Shown: piece by piece, positions 18,105-26,868 of the stretch
Layout of the letters: every line of letters begins with the position of its first letter
How positions within the stretch are numbered: position 1 is the stretch's first letter
Source of the DNA: a virus
Virus genome (UHGV): UHGV-0215134
DNA length: 37,333 bases
Strand: one strand, 5' to 3'
The notes under the pieces: generated by a model
The model's database searches: none
Seen by the model: the letters and a program-made list of their open reading frames with translations, nothing else
Told to the model about the DNA's origin: nothing
Program-made: the position numbers and the translations under genes

Positions 18105-18190
18105 AACACGGAAAAGCGAACCGGACGCTTTCACGCCCGGAAAGCCTACTGTTTTTTCCGTTGGCTTTTATTTTGGATTCTGAATCCATT
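18105..18190 (-). ncRNA. Candidate structured RNA at the start of the late transcript
   Basis: GC-rich island in AT-rich DNA: CCGGGCGU-GAAA-GCGUCCGG hairpin, ACGGAAAA/UUUUCCGU helix, AAAGCC/GGCUUU helix. Confidence 0.45.
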
Positions 18191-18227
18191 ATTATGATAA
18201 CATAGAAACATAGTGGCATTCAATGCC

Positions 18228-18659
18228 CTAAAAAATATTTCCATGTATTTGGATAAATTCCTTCATCGCCTTGTTATGTACCTTGTAAATACTTCTTAGA
18301 TCCTCATATCCTAACTCCTCCTGTATCTGCTCCCATTTTTTAAAGCGTATATACCGTTTCATTAACACAAGCCTGTACTTTGGGTTTTTTATCTGGTATA
18401 TCTTCAAGCGGATTTCTTTTTTCGTTTCAAAAAGCTTATCGGTTTCCTCGTTTATTTTTTGAGTTAATTCATCATGCTTGTCAATATAAGCGGCAAGTTT
18501 GATTTCAGCGCTGTTGTCGTTATGCACGCCGGGTGGCATGTCTGTAATTATCTGCGTACATCGGCAGATATCCGAATCGAGTTCCTCAAGCTGTAATATG
18601 TTTTCGTCTATCTCCTTGTTAATATAAAAGCTCTGTTTTAAATACTCTCTTGCAGTCAC
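18228..18659 (-). CDS. ArpU/RinA-type late transcriptional activator
   Basis: MTAREYLKQ start, C-terminal sigma-region-4-like HTH (RYI...WEQI..ELGY...IYKVH.KA); last early gene before packaging. Confidence 0.85.
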   Translation of the reverse strand: MTAREYLKQSFYINKEIDENILQLEELDSDICRCTQIITDMPPGVHNDNSAEIKLAAYIDKHDELTQKINEETDKLFETKKEIRLKIYQIKNPKYRLVLMKRYIRFKKWEQIQEELGYEDLRSIYKVHNKAMKEFIQIHGNIF

Positions 18660-18819
18660 GCCCTTGCCTCCTCGATCCTAAAAATATATCAAGCCTTTTA
18701 CCCGCTCTGATTATGTACCTTCTGGCGGCTCTTGCGGAATCGAACTCCAAGTACCCGTTATCGAGCGTTCCGAGGTAACGGCTGGTCAGCTTATTAAATA
18801 CACGGTATTTTTTAATCAT
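18619..18819 (-). CDS. Hypothetical phage early protein
   Basis: 66 aa, RBS AAGGAG, coupled to neighbours. Confidence 0.55.
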   Translation of the reverse strand: MIKKYRVFNKLTSRYLGTLDNGYLEFDSARAARRYIIRAGKRLDIFLGSRRQGRDCKRVFKTELLY

Positions 18820-19031
18820 ATCAGTCTCCTTGACCTAAAGTTATATTTTATATCGTCTATTCTGTCAAAGTTACTGGACTGTCCCGGTCTGCCCTGCGGC
18901 AGTTTCGCCGCATGCAAAGCTTTTGTCTCTTCCTTTGTCGCTGATCCGTCAAAATGACAATCGTCCTCATAAGGGCAGTTGCCGTTTAAGCAATCGTAAG
19001 GCGGATTGCATTTCGGTTTACAATACGGCAC
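18816..19031 (-). CDS. Cys-rich hypothetical protein
   Basis: 71 aa, five Cys at the N-terminus, coupled. Confidence 0.55.
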   Translation of the reverse strand: MPYCKPKCNPPYDCLNGNCPYEDDCHFDGSATKEETKALHAAKLPQGRPGQSSNFDRIDDIKYNFRSRRLI

Positions 19032-19284
19032 TGCTTTTACCCTCTGTGCTTTTTAAACAAGCCTTTTTGCGGTATTTACAATCGCCGCATAAATGCTTAT
19101 CGCGGCATAGTTCAATCGCTCTGTCATTAGCGGCGTCAAACTCTTCTTTAGTTTTATAAAACTTACAAATTTTTGTTTGTTTTAAACCGTCACATTCCTC
19201 ACTAAGTAGATCGCATTTATATTCGCTGTCGCCAAAACCCGTTTTTGCAAATACGCATCTTTCCTTTTCGACGTTAAAATTCAT
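19018..19284 (-). CDS. Cys-rich hypothetical protein
   Basis: Likely start MNFNVEK after AGGAGGA; multiple Cys. Confidence 0.65.
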   Translation of the reverse strand: MNFNVEKERCVFAKTGFGDSEYKCDLLSEECDGLKQTKICKFYKTKEEFDAANDRAIELCRDKHLCGDCKYRKKACLKSTEGKSSAVL

Positions 19285-19450
19285 TACTCTTTCCTCCTGA
19301 AATTTCCTCAATGCTTAAATCCGTGATATCCGCGCTTACATCACAAACATCCATTAAAACGCTTTTAACCAACGACTTCATATCCTCCGGTTTGTCCGTT
19401 TCAGCCGTAAGCTGAATCTGCGCCGTTGCTCTGACTATGTAGGTTTTCAT
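19274..19450 (-). CDS. Hypothetical 58-aa protein (MKTYIVRATAQIQLTAE...); not in the ORF track
   Basis: Open frame exactly filling the gap between neighbours; GGAG upstream. Confidence 0.6.
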   Translation of the reverse strand: MKTYIVRATAQIQLTAETDKPEDMKSLVKSVLMDVCDVSADITDLSIEEISGGKSNEF

Positions 19451-19451
19451 T

Positions 19452-19664
19452 TCATTCGCTCCAATCTATTGCCTGACCGCATTTCGGACAATAATCATAT
19501 TTTTCATAATCTATTTCATAGCTGCTGTCGCAGTTAGGGCAATCGTACATGTCGTATATCAGATTGTCGTCATCGTCATAACCGTCACCGTAAATATTCG
19601 GCTTTTTCGGTATCTGCTTTTCGATCGCCTCGGCAGCATACTTTAAGATTTCTTCTTTACTCAT
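19452..19664 (-). CDS. Small zinc-finger protein
   Basis: EKQIPKKP...CPNC...YCPKCGQAIDW, common in Firmicute phages; start MSKEE. Confidence 0.75.
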   Translation of the reverse strand: MSKEEILKYAAEAIEKQIPKKPNIYGDGYDDDDNLIYDMYDCPNCDSSYEIDYEKYDYCPKCGQAIDWSE

Positions 19665-19881
19665 TTTCTTCGTCCTCCTCATACATATCAAGGTTTTCAT
19701 TTATGTAAAATGGCTTGGACGTAAATTTAATACTTAAATGATTTTTCTCAGGTATAGAAATAATCATTGTGCAGTTATTTAAAACTGCAACTTCCGTACC
19801 CCCCACTTTCATACTCTGCCCTTTGTGTTTTTCCACGTACTTTTCGCAAAACATCCTAAATGCCTTATCTTCGTTAATCAT
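19657..19881 (-). CDS. Hypothetical phage early protein
   Basis: 74 aa, RBS GAGGAGG, overlapping coupling. Confidence 0.65.
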   Translation of the reverse strand: MINEDKAFRMFCEKYVEKHKGQSMKVGGTEVAVLNNCTMIISIPEKNHLSIKFTSKPFYINENLDMYEEDEENE

Positions 19882-20129
19882 TTTCTGTCCTCCTCATACG
19901 GAATAATATCTAAAATTTCAAATTCACTATAGTCATGCGAATCCTCTTCTCTAACCGATATAACTTTTATACTCTCATTCAATTTCGGCAGACCATATGC
20001 GTAATATGAAATATCGCTATCGTCCTCAAAATCCGGCAAACTCTCAAGACTTTCTATATCTTCACATTCAACAATTATCGAATGCCGTATGATAGCTTTT
20101 TCCTCAATGTCGATTAAATATTTATTCAT
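19878..20129 (-). CDS. Acidic hypothetical protein
   Basis: Start MNKY after AAGGAG; Asp/Glu-rich. Confidence 0.65.
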   Translation of the reverse strand: MNKYLIDIEEKAIIRHSIIVECEDIESLESLPDFEDDSDISYYAYGLPKLNESIKVISVREEDSHDYSEFEILDIIPYEEDRK

Positions 20130-20658
20130 TTTCTTCTCCTTCCAACAGTTCGGGGTTGTCAAATTTATTGCCTACTAATTTAGCGTAATAACAACAGTGG
20201 GATTTGTACACACCGTGTGTTTGACTGCTTCTATAAGTATATATTTTTTCAGTAATTATCTCGGGACCTTCTTCTAATCTATAATTTCGAAACAATTCTG
20301 TCATGTAAAATGAACCAGCAAACCACTCTATGAGCATTGTTTTAATCAATGCGCCATTATGATTATGTTTTGTTTTATTATAAAAATAAAACTCAACAAT
20401 ATCCCCCTCAAAAATCTTCCTGCCGTATTCATCCTTCATGCCCGTATACTGTCCGACTGTTTCGGGGTCAACTCTGTATACAAATGGTTCTCGCTCGAGT
20501 CCTTGTTCGCTGGAGTAATAATTAAATCCGTTAATTTTATATGATTCAAGATCTGGATCGTGTTCTAAATTTCCCTCGACCCACTCACCAACACTCTGTT
20601 GAAGCCAGCTAATGTTATCAGGATTATTCACTTTACCTCTAAATAAAATTTCTCTCAT
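20122..20658 (-). CDS. YopX-family protein
   Basis: MREILFRGK...VDPETVGQYTG.KD..G..IFEGDIV...GN.FDNPELLE. Confidence 0.9.
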   Translation of the reverse strand: MREILFRGKVNNPDNISWLQQSVGEWVEGNLEHDPDLESYKINGFNYYSSEQGLEREPFVYRVDPETVGQYTGMKDEYGRKIFEGDIVEFYFYNKTKHNHNGALIKTMLIEWFAGSFYMTELFRNYRLEEGPEIITEKIYTYRSSQTHGVYKSHCCYYAKLVGNKFDNPELLEGEENE

Positions 20659-20948
20659 GATCGTTTCCTTTCTCTTTTCCACGCTTCATAATCGTCTTTG
20701 TCCTCATTAGTCAGTATGCGGAATCCTTTCAATTCGTCATCTGTTTCTTTTTCGATGCAAGATATAAATGTTTCGACAAATTCAAAAACAGTACAGTCTC
20801 CATAATGCTTTTCCAGTAAACTTTCAGCCTCTTGCTTCTCTCTCAAAGCTTCTATGGCAAACGATAAACTGTAGCTATCTCCAATATTCTCTTTGCTTAA
20901 ACGTCGTATAGTTTTAATCGATTTTTCTATTTTTTCTATATCGTTCAT
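20655..20948 (-). CDS. Hypothetical phage early protein
   Basis: 97 aa, RBS GGAGGT, coupled. Confidence 0.65.
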   Translation of the reverse strand: MNDIEKIEKSIKTIRRLSKENIGDSYSLSFAIEALREKQEAESLLEKHYGDCTVFEFVETFISCIEKETDDELKGFRILTNEDKDDYEAWKRERKRS

Positions 20949-21145
20949 GAGTTACCTCCAACCTTTTCCTTTTCATAATTAGCGCATTTAAACAAGCTTT
21001 CAGCAAAATCCAAACCCGCTTGAATACCGGCGTAATATTTTTTGAGCCCATATAAATCACGGTCGTAATCATACTCCTTTCGAAGACGATAAGCTTCAAT
21101 CGCTTGCAACGCTTTGTCAGTATCAATATTTTTTGCCTTATACAT
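20945..21145 (-). CDS. Hypothetical phage early protein
   Basis: 66 aa, RBS AGGAGGT. Confidence 0.65.
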   Translation of the reverse strand: MYKAKNIDTDKALQAIEAYRLRKEYDYDRDLYGLKKYYAGIQAGLDFAESLFKCANYEKEKVGGNS

Positions 21146-21162
21146 AGATTACCTCCTAATTT

Positions 21163-21540
21163 TTATCCTCCCTGACTTTCATTAACAGCCGAATAGCTGT
21201 CGTTCGTTATTTCAATCTCCGTTCTTGGATTTTTCTTATCCACCTTGCCGCACAGTCTCAGGTCAATGTTGCTGAAGCTGTCGTCGGCAATAATACCCGC
21301 CTTTACAAGTCCGTCCAGTATAAACTTCCCGCTGTAGTTGTCGGGATCCCGCCGTATTTTATTTCCAAAAAAATATGTAAGGGTAACAACGGCCTTTTCA
21401 AGCGGTTTTTCCGGTTTAGGCCTGCATTTCAGAAATATAAGCTTCGCCCAGTACTTTTTCTTTTCCTGATACTCCCATTTATTTGTCCTCCCGATAAATT
21501 TGTTATTGCTCGGAGGTATCTCGTTTATCGTGTATTTCAT
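21163..21540 (-). CDS. RusA-like Holliday junction resolvase
   Basis: PPSNN, RRDPDNY..K.ILDGL..AGII.DD, PRTEIEI. Confidence 0.85.
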   Translation of the reverse strand: MKYTINEIPPSNNKFIGRTNKWEYQEKKKYWAKLIFLKCRPKPEKPLEKAVVTLTYFFGNKIRRDPDNYSGKFILDGLVKAGIIADDSFSNIDLRLCGKVDKKNPRTEIEITNDSYSAVNESQGG

Positions 21541-21724
21541 TCCTGTATTTCTCCATAAGCACGCCGTTCCAACAGCCGCGCTTGAAATAATTGCTTTTTT
21601 CAGTAGTCACTTTTTGGCCTATTTCACATAAGGCCAGTGAATTTCCGCCAAGCTCGCATTCATGACATGCCACCCATTGAAATCTTCCGTAAATATAACT
21701 ATTCATATTCGCCGCCGAAATCAT
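21503..21724 (-). CDS. Hypothetical Cys-containing protein (true start may be ATG at 21706)
   Basis: Fills the gap between initiator and resolvase; CxxC. Confidence 0.5.
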   Translation of the reverse strand: MISAANMNSYIYGRFQWVACHECELGGNSLALCEIGQKVTTEKSNYFKRGCWNGVLMEKYRNEIHDKRDTSEQ

Positions 21725-22628
21725 TTACAAAGGCTTTTAAATCCTCCAGATTATAGCTGTGCTCTTGTTCAGGCAGATTTTTAGAGCGATTATCATAATT
21801 GCCGTCCAGAACCTTTGCCATATTGGTATCCTTTATAAGCCAGTCGAATGTAGCCCGCCAATCGCATTTAATTTTTCCTTTTAAGAAATCACTGGATTCT
21901 GCTTTTTTAAACAGTCTTTCAAAATCTTTTAGATTATATTTTTTCAGGCTTGCTTTAACAGCTTTCTTTCTGGCTTCTGAATATTGGGTTATTCTGGGAT
22001 ACGACCTGCATATCCGATTATATAATTCAAATATTAACATACAGTTATCCTGGGGAGCGTCAGGTGTAGGCGGTACGCCGTCTTCTTTACTTTCCTTTAC
22101 TTTACTCTTCTTTACTTTACTTTCCTTTGTGCCGTTAATCTCGGATAAACTGGAGTTATTCGCAGATAAACCTATATTAATCTGCGAATTATTTTCACAA
22201 GGGCGCACTTTAATAAAGCTATGGGTTTCATCTTTTTTTAAAACCCAGAACTTTGCTTCAACATCAATATCAGGCTGAGTACTTTTACGTGTGTTTTTTG
22301 CTTCCTGATATCTTCGCTGGATTGATGCGGCAGTTAAAACCTTCACCGACTTAGCAAGTGTATCGTCAAACAGTGACCGACTAAGCAAGTAGTTTATAAT
22401 CTGCTGAATAGAATTTTCCGATATATTCAGTTCGTCTGAAATGTCGAGAATCAAGTCCTCATCATAATTTATATAGTATCCGCTGCGGTAAATTTCGCAC
22501 AGCAGATACATATATACCGTTACGCCGTCTGTACCGTACCTGGCTCGCAGGCGTTTTATTTTTTTGTCCGAAAAGAAATCTACATCTAAAGGAAAGTAGT
22601 CAAGCCCTTTCTTTCGCGGTCTTGCCAA
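21699..22628 (-). CDS. Replication initiator (DUF4373/Lin1244-like N-terminus)
   Basis: MARP.KKGLDYFPLDVDFFSD.KIK, low-complexity linker, C-terminal W.ATFDWL....N..KVL.GNY. Confidence 0.85.
   Translation of the reverse strand: MARPRKKGLDYFPLDVDFFSDKKIKRLRARYGTDGVTVYMYLLCEIYRSGYYINYDEDLILDISDELNISENSIQQIINYLLSRSLFDDTLAKSVKVLTAASIQRRYQEAKNTRKSTQPDIDVEAKFWVLKKDETHSFIKVRPCENNSQINIGLSANNSSLSEINGTKESKVKKSKVKESKEDGVPPTPDAPQDNCMLIFELYNRICRSYPRITQYSEARKKAVKASLKKYNLKDFERLFKKAESSDFLKGKIKCDWRATFDWLIKDTNMAKVLDGNYDNRSKNLPEQEHSYNLEDLKAFVNDFGGEYE
22084..22200. repeat. Putative replication origin: iteron-like and CTTTACTTT repeats inside the initiator gene
   Basis: ttaatctcggataaac / ttattcgcagataaac / ttaatctgcgaattat at ~21-bp spacing, next to repeated ctttacttt(a/c)ct units. 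Confidence 0.5.
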
Positions 22629-22660
22629 CTTATCACCTCATTTCAAGATAAAGCACAAAG

Positions 22661-23134
22661 CTAAAACGGAACTTCTCCGTCGCTTAAAATTTCCTCGAAG
22701 TCCTCTAAACCGCCTATTGCCGCCGATTCCTGATTAGCCGTACTTACTGCCGATTTAGGCGGATCGGCGAAGGCATAACCCGCTGCGGAAGCATTCCCGC
22801 CGTCACCGGAGGATTTACTTTCGCCGAAGTTAACATTATCCGCCTGAACGTCCATAGAGTAATGCTTAACGCCGTTTTGATCAGTATAATTATTATTTCT
22901 AAGACTTCCTTCAACAATTATCATTTTACCCTTAGAAAAATATCTGTTGATAAATTCAGCCGTATTGCGCCATGCCACGACATTTATAAAATCAGTCTGC
23001 CTTTCACCGGTTTCCTTAGAAGTATAATTCCTGTTTACCGCCACCGAAAACCTGCACGTCGCTATTCCCGACGGGGTTTGCTTTAATTCAGGATCGGCTG
23101 TAAGCCGACCCATTATTATTACTTTGTTAAGCAT
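22661..23134 (-). CDS. ssb: Single-stranded DNA-binding protein
   Basis: MLNKVI.MGRLTADPELKQT, DFINVVAW, acidic C-terminus ending VPF. Confidence 0.95.
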   Translation of the reverse strand: MLNKVIIMGRLTADPELKQTPSGIATCRFSVAVNRNYTSKETGERQTDFINVVAWRNTAEFINRYFSKGKMIIVEGSLRNNNYTDQNGVKHYSMDVQADNVNFGESKSSGDGGNASAAGYAFADPPKSAVSTANQESAAIGGLEDFEEILSDGEVPF

Positions 23135-23858
23135 TTTGATCCTCCATTAAGCTTGTAAAGTCGTCTATTTCATTTTCCAAAGCAGGCTCCTGAACAGGCG
23201 ATTCATATAATTCCGCATCAATTGGCGCGTTGCCGATCGGTTCTTCAATATTCATTTCTTCCGCTCCGTACATTCCTTCAAAATTGTCCGGGAAAGCCTC
23301 TCTTAACGCCTGCATTTTTGCAACCTTGCGTATCATAGTAGCCGGTTTTGACGCCCACTGCGCGTTGATAGTATCGTCCTTTTTTTTGCCTATGTATTCG
23401 TCAAGTGATACGGAAGCTTTTACAGGCTTATCATATCCGTCAACATAAACCTCAGCCCAACCTCCTAATAGTTGTTCATCAGGCAGCACAATTGTTCCAG
23501 TTCTGTTTTCAATGCCGATATCAGGGCTATATACCACAACTCCCGCGTCAAAGCCTTTGTACTTATCGCATCTTGCCGCGCGCTTTTCAAAGGCTGCTTT
23601 TCCGGTTACTATTGTAGCCGGTTGATTGCCGTACTTAATCAGGTAAGCTTCTCGTAAAAATGGATTCAAGCCCTGATATTTGCAAAGGTTGATAAACATT
23701 ACAATCTCTTGTGTTGTAACTTTATCCGCATCGCCTGAAACAAGATATTTTTTTACGGTGTTCGGACTTAGCTTGACATCAGCGTTTCCTGCTTTAAAAG
23801 TAATTTCAAGCGGATTTGAATCTGATTTAGATTTAACCAATGAATTATTTACTGCCAT
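23127..23858 (-). CDS. bet: Bet/RecT-family single-strand annealing recombinase
   Basis: CKYQGLNPFLREAYLIKYG, W..KPATMIRKVA..QALREAFP; start MAVNN. Confidence 0.9.
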   Translation of the reverse strand: MAVNNSLVKSKSDSNPLEITFKAGNADVKLSPNTVKKYLVSGDADKVTTQEIVMFINLCKYQGLNPFLREAYLIKYGNQPATIVTGKAAFEKRAARCDKYKGFDAGVVVYSPDIGIENRTGTIVLPDEQLLGGWAEVYVDGYDKPVKASVSLDEYIGKKKDDTINAQWASKPATMIRKVAKMQALREAFPDNFEGMYGAEEMNIEEPIGNAPIDAELYESPVQEPALENEIDDFTSLMEDQNA

Positions 23859-24711
23859 TTTCTTTAACCTCTTTCTCTTTCTTGATTGTTTCAAATTTTA
23901 TACCGTTATTTCTCATAAAATTCATTAAACTTATTATCTGACTGCGAGTACAAACAACCCGAAACGAAGCTGTTCCGACCGGATCGGCCGCTATATCTTT
24001 TTCCATTCCCGGAATAACTTGCTGCGTATCTGATATCACTGTCGGCTGTACCGGTTTAGATTTTTCTGTATTTAACGCCTTCGCTTGGATTTCCGTTTCT
24101 TTTTTTAATTGTGCAGCATATACAAGCGTTTTGCTTAAATCGTAACTTTTGCAATACTCTGACAAAATAGCCGATTTATAAGACACGTCTGAATATTGGT
24201 CGTTTATAGTTGCCAATTCCTCGCGGATCCGGTCGATGGTATCTCCGATCTCATTTTTCAACGTATCCGTTTTTATTGTAACGTTTGCCCATTTGGGGTT
24301 TAATATTTTATCAAATAAAACGATCTCTGCAAGTTCTTTTACATTCTCATTAAAATACGTTTTCAGTTCGTTGTATTTTTCCTGCTTTTTTATCTCCTCG
24401 AACTCCTTGATCTGAGTGTCAATTGCAATAACGGGAGCTTTGATAAGAGATACTAATTCCTTGCATTGCGCTTCAAAGTTATTGTATGGAGCAAGGCATA
24501 CCGACTTGATTTCCTTGCGTTTGTCCTCAATTGCCGCCGCCAGCTTATTAAGCTTTGCCTTATCGGCCTTTGCGGCTTTTATTCCGTCTTCAGTCACAAC
24601 GAGATTTTTGTATTTTATAAGTTTTTCTTCAAGCTCTGATTTTATTTCCTCAAAATTGAAATCTATGCTCTGAGGAAATGCGCCAAGATCAGTTTTAACT
24701 AAAAAATCCAT
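23845..24711 (-). CDS. DUF1351-like coiled-coil protein
   Basis: IDFNFEEIK..L...L.KY..LVVTED...AK...A.LNKL...IED.RKEIK. Confidence 0.8.
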   Translation of the reverse strand: MDFLVKTDLGAFPQSIDFNFEEIKSELEEKLIKYKNLVVTEDGIKAAKADKAKLNKLAAAIEDKRKEIKSVCLAPYNNFEAQCKELVSLIKAPVIAIDTQIKEFEEIKKQEKYNELKTYFNENVKELAEIVLFDKILNPKWANVTIKTDTLKNEIGDTIDRIREELATINDQYSDVSYKSAILSEYCKSYDLSKTLVYAAQLKKETEIQAKALNTEKSKPVQPTVISDTQQVIPGMEKDIAADPVGTASFRVVCTRSQIISLMNFMRNNGIKFETIKKEKEVKENGSK

Positions 24712-24720
24712 ATATCCTCC

Positions 24721-25374
24721 TTAAATATCCGGCAGAATTTGCGCCGGCCTTTTTCCCGACTGAAGAGATTCCCAAAACTGTGATTCTTTTTCAATCAGAT
24801 ATTCGAGATCGTCCATAACGTCCTTCCGGTCGACGCTGTATTCCTTTACGACTGCGCGCAGCGAATCATTTTTGAAATATCTTATATATGCGCGAAGAAT
24901 GGAAAAGTTCCAGCCGGTTGCTATAAGTTGGTGAAGCGCCTGTATGTAGTAGCTTTCAGGCATTGATTCATCGCTCCAATCCTTCCACTGTATCGGATTT
25001 TGAATAGTAGCGGTTTTGATTTCAAGAACGCCTTGTCTGCCAGTTCGCGTATCGGTAAGTTCTCCGTCCAGAGTAGCAAATATATACGGATGGTCCTTAT
25101 CGGCATACATCCGATATTCATGATATTTTACGTCATATTCAGGGTGGTCAAGAATGAAAAGGCGTCTTACCGCGGCTTCCGCTTCCTTGCCGTATATGAC
25201 GGCCGGCTTTTCTGATACGTCCTCCGGTTTCTGCAAACCGGCTTTTTCGTCCCACAGGCGCACATTACTTTTGTATTTGTTTAAGCCTATGATACATGCG
25301 GCGTCGCTCCCGCCGATACCTTTTTTTCTTGCGTTCAGCCACTCCTCTCGGTTTTTTGGATCAGCAATAATCAT
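24721..25374 (-). CDS. YqaJ-like (lambda-type) exonuclease
   Basis: WL..RK.GIGGSDA, ATLDG, LEIKT, Y..Q..HQL. Confidence 0.92.
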   Translation of the reverse strand: MIIADPKNREEWLNARKKGIGGSDAACIIGLNKYKSNVRLWDEKAGLQKPEDVSEKPAVIYGKEAEAAVRRLFILDHPEYDVKYHEYRMYADKDHPYIFATLDGELTDTRTGRQGVLEIKTATIQNPIQWKDWSDESMPESYYIQALHQLIATGWNFSILRAYIRYFKNDSLRAVVKEYSVDRKDVMDDLEYLIEKESQFWESLQSGKRPAQILPDI

Positions 25375-25389
25375 GATAACTCCTTTATT

Positions 25390-25566
25390 TTATACAGATT
25401 CATTGTAATCTTCCTCCGTCATTTCCTCCATAGAAAGAGCCAGATTGTATTTAGAAAAAAGAAGTTTAAGTTTATTAAAGCATTCGTCTGTTATTTCCCC
25501 GCCTGACGCTATGATAACGTCTTTGATTATACTTTTATATATATTTTTTTCTTTCATGCTTGACAT
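25390..25566 (-). CDS. Hypothetical 58-aa protein (MSSMKEKNIYKSIIKDV...); not in the ORF track
   Basis: RBS AAGGAGGA; open frame to TAA at 25390. Confidence 0.65.
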   Translation of the reverse strand: MSSMKEKNIYKSIIKDVIIASGGEITDECFNKLKLLFSKYNLALSMEEMTEEDYNESV

Positions 25567-25595
25567 TTCCTCCTTAGTTACTCACGGTCGTTCAG

Positions 25596-26261
25596 TCATT
25601 GCCGCACTTCAAAATGCGTCTTTACAACTTCAATAAAGCCTAAATATTCTTTGGCGTATTTACTGTTACCGTGTTCTTCCTTTACCTTATTTTCGAACTC
25701 GTCGAGATTCCCACTAAAACACCCGCATAAAACGTGTATATGTCCGTCTTTGCATTTAAAGAAACTGGCGGATCTATTATGAGATCCGAGTCCCTTTTCA
25801 CAAAGATAATCATTATTACTGTTAATCAGCCCATCACCGCTAACCCGAGCGTATCCTCCAACCCGAGCGTAACCGTTAACCCGAGCGTAACCGCCAACCC
25901 AAGCGTAACCGCCAACCCAAGCGTCACCGTCGACCCAAGCGTTACCGTTAACCCGAGCGTTACCGCCAACCTGAGCGTTACCGCCAACCTGAGCGTTACC
26001 GCCAACCTGAGCGTTACCGCCAACCTGAGCATCACCGCCAACCCGAGCGTTACCGCCAACCCGAGCGTTACCGCCAACCTGAGCATCACCGCCAACCCAA
26101 GCGTTTCCTTCATGGCTTAAATTACGTTCGTTTTCAATAAATCCTCCTAAATCTCCGGCTTTAATATCCCCGAATGATCTTAACGCTCTTATTCTGAAAA
26201 GCGTTTTACCGCCTATTACTTTTGTCTCTTTCGTTAATTCATACTTTTTCATACTTGACAT
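25596..26261 (-). CDS. Hexapeptide-repeat (left-handed beta-helix) phage protein
   Basis: KKYELT...LFRIRAL..FGD.KAGDLGG.IE.E.NL, tandem G[NDY]A[RQW]V[GND] repeats, CGCF.G...EF...V. Confidence 0.85.
   Translation of the reverse strand: MSSMKKYELTKETKVIGGKTLFRIRALRSFGDIKAGDLGGFIENERNLSHEGNAWVGGDAQVGGNARVGGNARVGGDAQVGGNAQVGGNAQVGGNAQVGGNARVNGNAWVDGDAWVGGYAWVGGYARVNGYARVGGYARVSGDGLINSNNDYLCEKGLGSHNRSASFFKCKDGHIHVLCGCFSGNLDEFENKVKEEHGNSKYAKEYLGFIEVVKTHFEVRQ
25830..26106. repeat. 18-bp coding tandem repeat, about 15 units
   Basis: Units such as gttaccgccaacc(c/t)gagc repeated head-to-tail. Confidence 0.9.
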
Positions 26262-26283
26262 TTCCTCTCCGCTATGTTATAAT
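26255..26283 (+). promoter_or_regulatory. Consensus antisense promoter in the early operon
   Basis: TTGACA-17-TATAAT with extended -10 TG. Confidence 0.75.
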
Positions 26284-26289
26284 AGCATT

Positions 26290-26346
26290 GTTAATATTTT
26301 TTATTTCCGTCCGCTACTGTGCCATCAGTGCGGGCGGTATTCTTTT
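26290..26346 (+). ncRNA. Candidate ~57-nt antisense sRNA
   Basis: From promoter 26255-26283 to hairpin ccgtccgc.actg...cagtgcgggcgg plus tattctttt. Confidence 0.55.
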
Positions 26347-26356
26347 GCGTACTCAT
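26291..26356 (-). CDS. 21-aa micro-ORF (MSTQKNTARTDGTVADGNKKY)
   Basis: Strong RBS AAGGAGG; exactly covered by the antisense RNA. Confidence 0.45.
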   Translation of the reverse strand: MSTQKNTARTDGTVADGNKKY

Positions 26357-26370
26357 AAATTAAACCTCCT

Positions 26371-26616
26371 TTACCTAAGCATAAAGTCATACTGCTGATC
26401 CTTATACCATTGTTCTTCCTGGGCTTCTCCCGCGTCTACCACTATCACTTTTACTTTGTGACTGCTCACACTGTCGCTGACCATTTCCAGTGCGGCGGAA
26501 GCTCCCGCAAGCGCGGCTCCCAACGCTAAAAACCACGGATTCACCAGCAGTCCCAACGCTAAGCCCGCCGTCGCTCCTATTAAGCATATCGTCCCGATTT
26601 TTTGGTATGTGTTCAT
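26371..26616 (-). CDS. Small two-helix membrane protein
   Basis: 81 aa, two adjacent hydrophobic helices. Confidence 0.65.
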   Translation of the reverse strand: MNTYQKIGTICLIGATAGLALGLLVNPWFLALGAALAGASAALEMVSDSVSSHKVKVIVVDAGEAQEEQWYKDQQYDFMLR

Positions 26617-26864
26617 TTCATTATTATCCTTTCCGGTATCGGACGAATGCCGATTACCCGCTCTTCATAAGATTCCTCCGGATCAACATGGCAGCTGTTT
26701 AAATATTCTGCAAATTTGCCCGTGCTAATTAAAATTTTTCTACCGGATTGTACGGCTACCACCTTTCCGCTCTTTGCGAGCTGTCTTACAAAATACTCCG
26801 GTAATTTAAATATTTTTGCCGTTTCTTTTATCGTTGCCATATCCGGCACTTCGCTATAAAGCAT
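26613..26864 (-). CDS. Excisionase-like winged HTH protein
   Basis: TIKETA..FKLP...VRQL.KSG.V.AV.SGRKILI pattern. Confidence 0.75.
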   Translation of the reverse strand: MLYSEVPDMATIKETAKIFKLPEYFVRQLAKSGKVVAVQSGRKILISTGKFAEYLNSCHVDPEESYEERVIGIRPIPERIIMK

Positions 26865-26868
26865 GATT

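Noticed and set aside
18105..18170. HDV-like/theta ribozyme
   Set aside because: Helix order is reminiscent, but there is no P3/L3 or recognisable catalytic J4/2 strand.
17971..18219. 82-aa minus-strand ORF after the late activator
   Set aside because: No RBS; overlaps a promoter and the structured element, so better explained as non-coding.
25830..26106. Regular short repeats resembling a CRISPR array
   Set aside because: Head-to-tail 18-bp units without unique spacers, in frame within a hexapeptide-repeat gene; no cas genes.
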